The notes under the pieces are model-generated. The model was given only the letters and a program-made list of their open reading frames with translations. It did not search any database and was not told where the DNA came from. Below, in pieces: positions 63,295 through 64,000 of a stretch of DNA of 64,000 nucleotides (the first letter of the stretch is position 1; every line of letters begins with the position of its first letter). The translations under genes and the position numbers were made by a program. The stretch lies in NCBI GenBank assembly GCA_021613535.1, contig CP075492.1:4650001-4714000 (forward strand), given 5' to 3'. Origin of the DNA: Adineta vaga (Eukaryota; Animalia; Rotifera).

Positions 63295-63597
63295 TTAGCC
63301 CACTACCTTTTTCACACCCAGCATATTACCACAATTAGGACATCGATGTTCTTTATCCTTGCAAGCTCTGATGAAAAATGGAAGAAAGCAAAGTGGTGGT
63401 AGAAGAAGCAATACTAATGCCAATAGCCAAGTACCTAAACCAATTTTTTCTGTGACTTGCGACATAATTGTCTTTCGACATTGAGGACACGTGGTACGGA
63501 CAGGAAAATCATCAAAATTTGGTGCTGCCATAACAGCGCGATCGGGAGTTGGTGCAACAACATTACTGCCTAGATTCAATACTGTAGCCATAGCCAT
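63295..63597 (-). CDS. LITAF-domain protein
   Basis: PVRTTCPQC, a hydrophobic stretch, then HRCPNC. Confidence 0.9.
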   Translation of the reverse strand: MAMATVLNLGSNVVAPTPDRAVMAAPNFDDFPVRTTCPQCRKTIMSQVTEKIGLGTWLLALVLLLLPPLCFLPFFIRACKDKEHRCPNCGNMLGVKKVVG

Positions 63598-64000
63598 CGA
63601 CGATAATAGTTAATAGTATGATACGTAAATGTATAAAACACACCGTAATTATATAGTAGAAAAAAATTAACTATTTCGCCCCTTAGTTTTGATAATAATC
63701 AAGAAAAAAAAGGAAGTGATGTTTTGTGCTTCGTCAAAAATTTAATAAATATGTTAGTTGACATCGAATATTTTCAGAAAAAAAGATTGACTTTTTTACT
63801 TTCTTACTCGGAAATCAAATACTGATAGCCGTAACAAGGATTTTACCTTTTTGTTATTTTTCTATTCTATACAGTAAATCATGAAAAATTGGTTTCGAAA
63901 TTAATGGTAAAAACCCCAGTTATATTGACATACAAATGACAATTTATATTTCACGGTGATTGTGCAGTTATTTAATTAGATGTGAATATTCGATTTCTTT

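Overview
AT-rich, gene-dense eukaryotic DNA with short GT-AG introns of about 50-65 bp. The gene content (animal core genes mixed with many bacterial-, fungal- or plant-like genes, plus lineage-typical F-box and LRR genes) most resembles a bdelloid rotifer; this is an inference. I can support about 30 protein-coding genes, several pseudogenes and three tandem tRNA-Val(AAC) genes, but no transposon, rRNA or CRISPR array. The main structure lies at 15.6-33.7 kb. A head-to-head cassette of a secreted PAN-PAN-CAP gene and a secreted minimal astacin metalloprotease gene occurs three times intact, with three further PAN/CAP relics. A secreted, compact ADP-ribosyl-cyclase/NADase-like gene sits inside this array. 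Other notable items are a plant-type BTB-NPH3 protein, several candidate horizontally acquired genes (serine beta-lactamase-like, App1 phosphatase, ChrR cupin, DUF885, beta-carbonic anhydrase), a 2-Cys peroxiredoxin lacking the YF motif, and a sigma-GST cluster with conserved paired AREs. There is also an F-box-LRR gene with thirteen 84-nt LRR exons, a FEM1-like gene with two in-frame UGA-C codons, and an operon-like SLC46-Cab45 junction. Family calls come from motif recognition by eye; no database searches were run.
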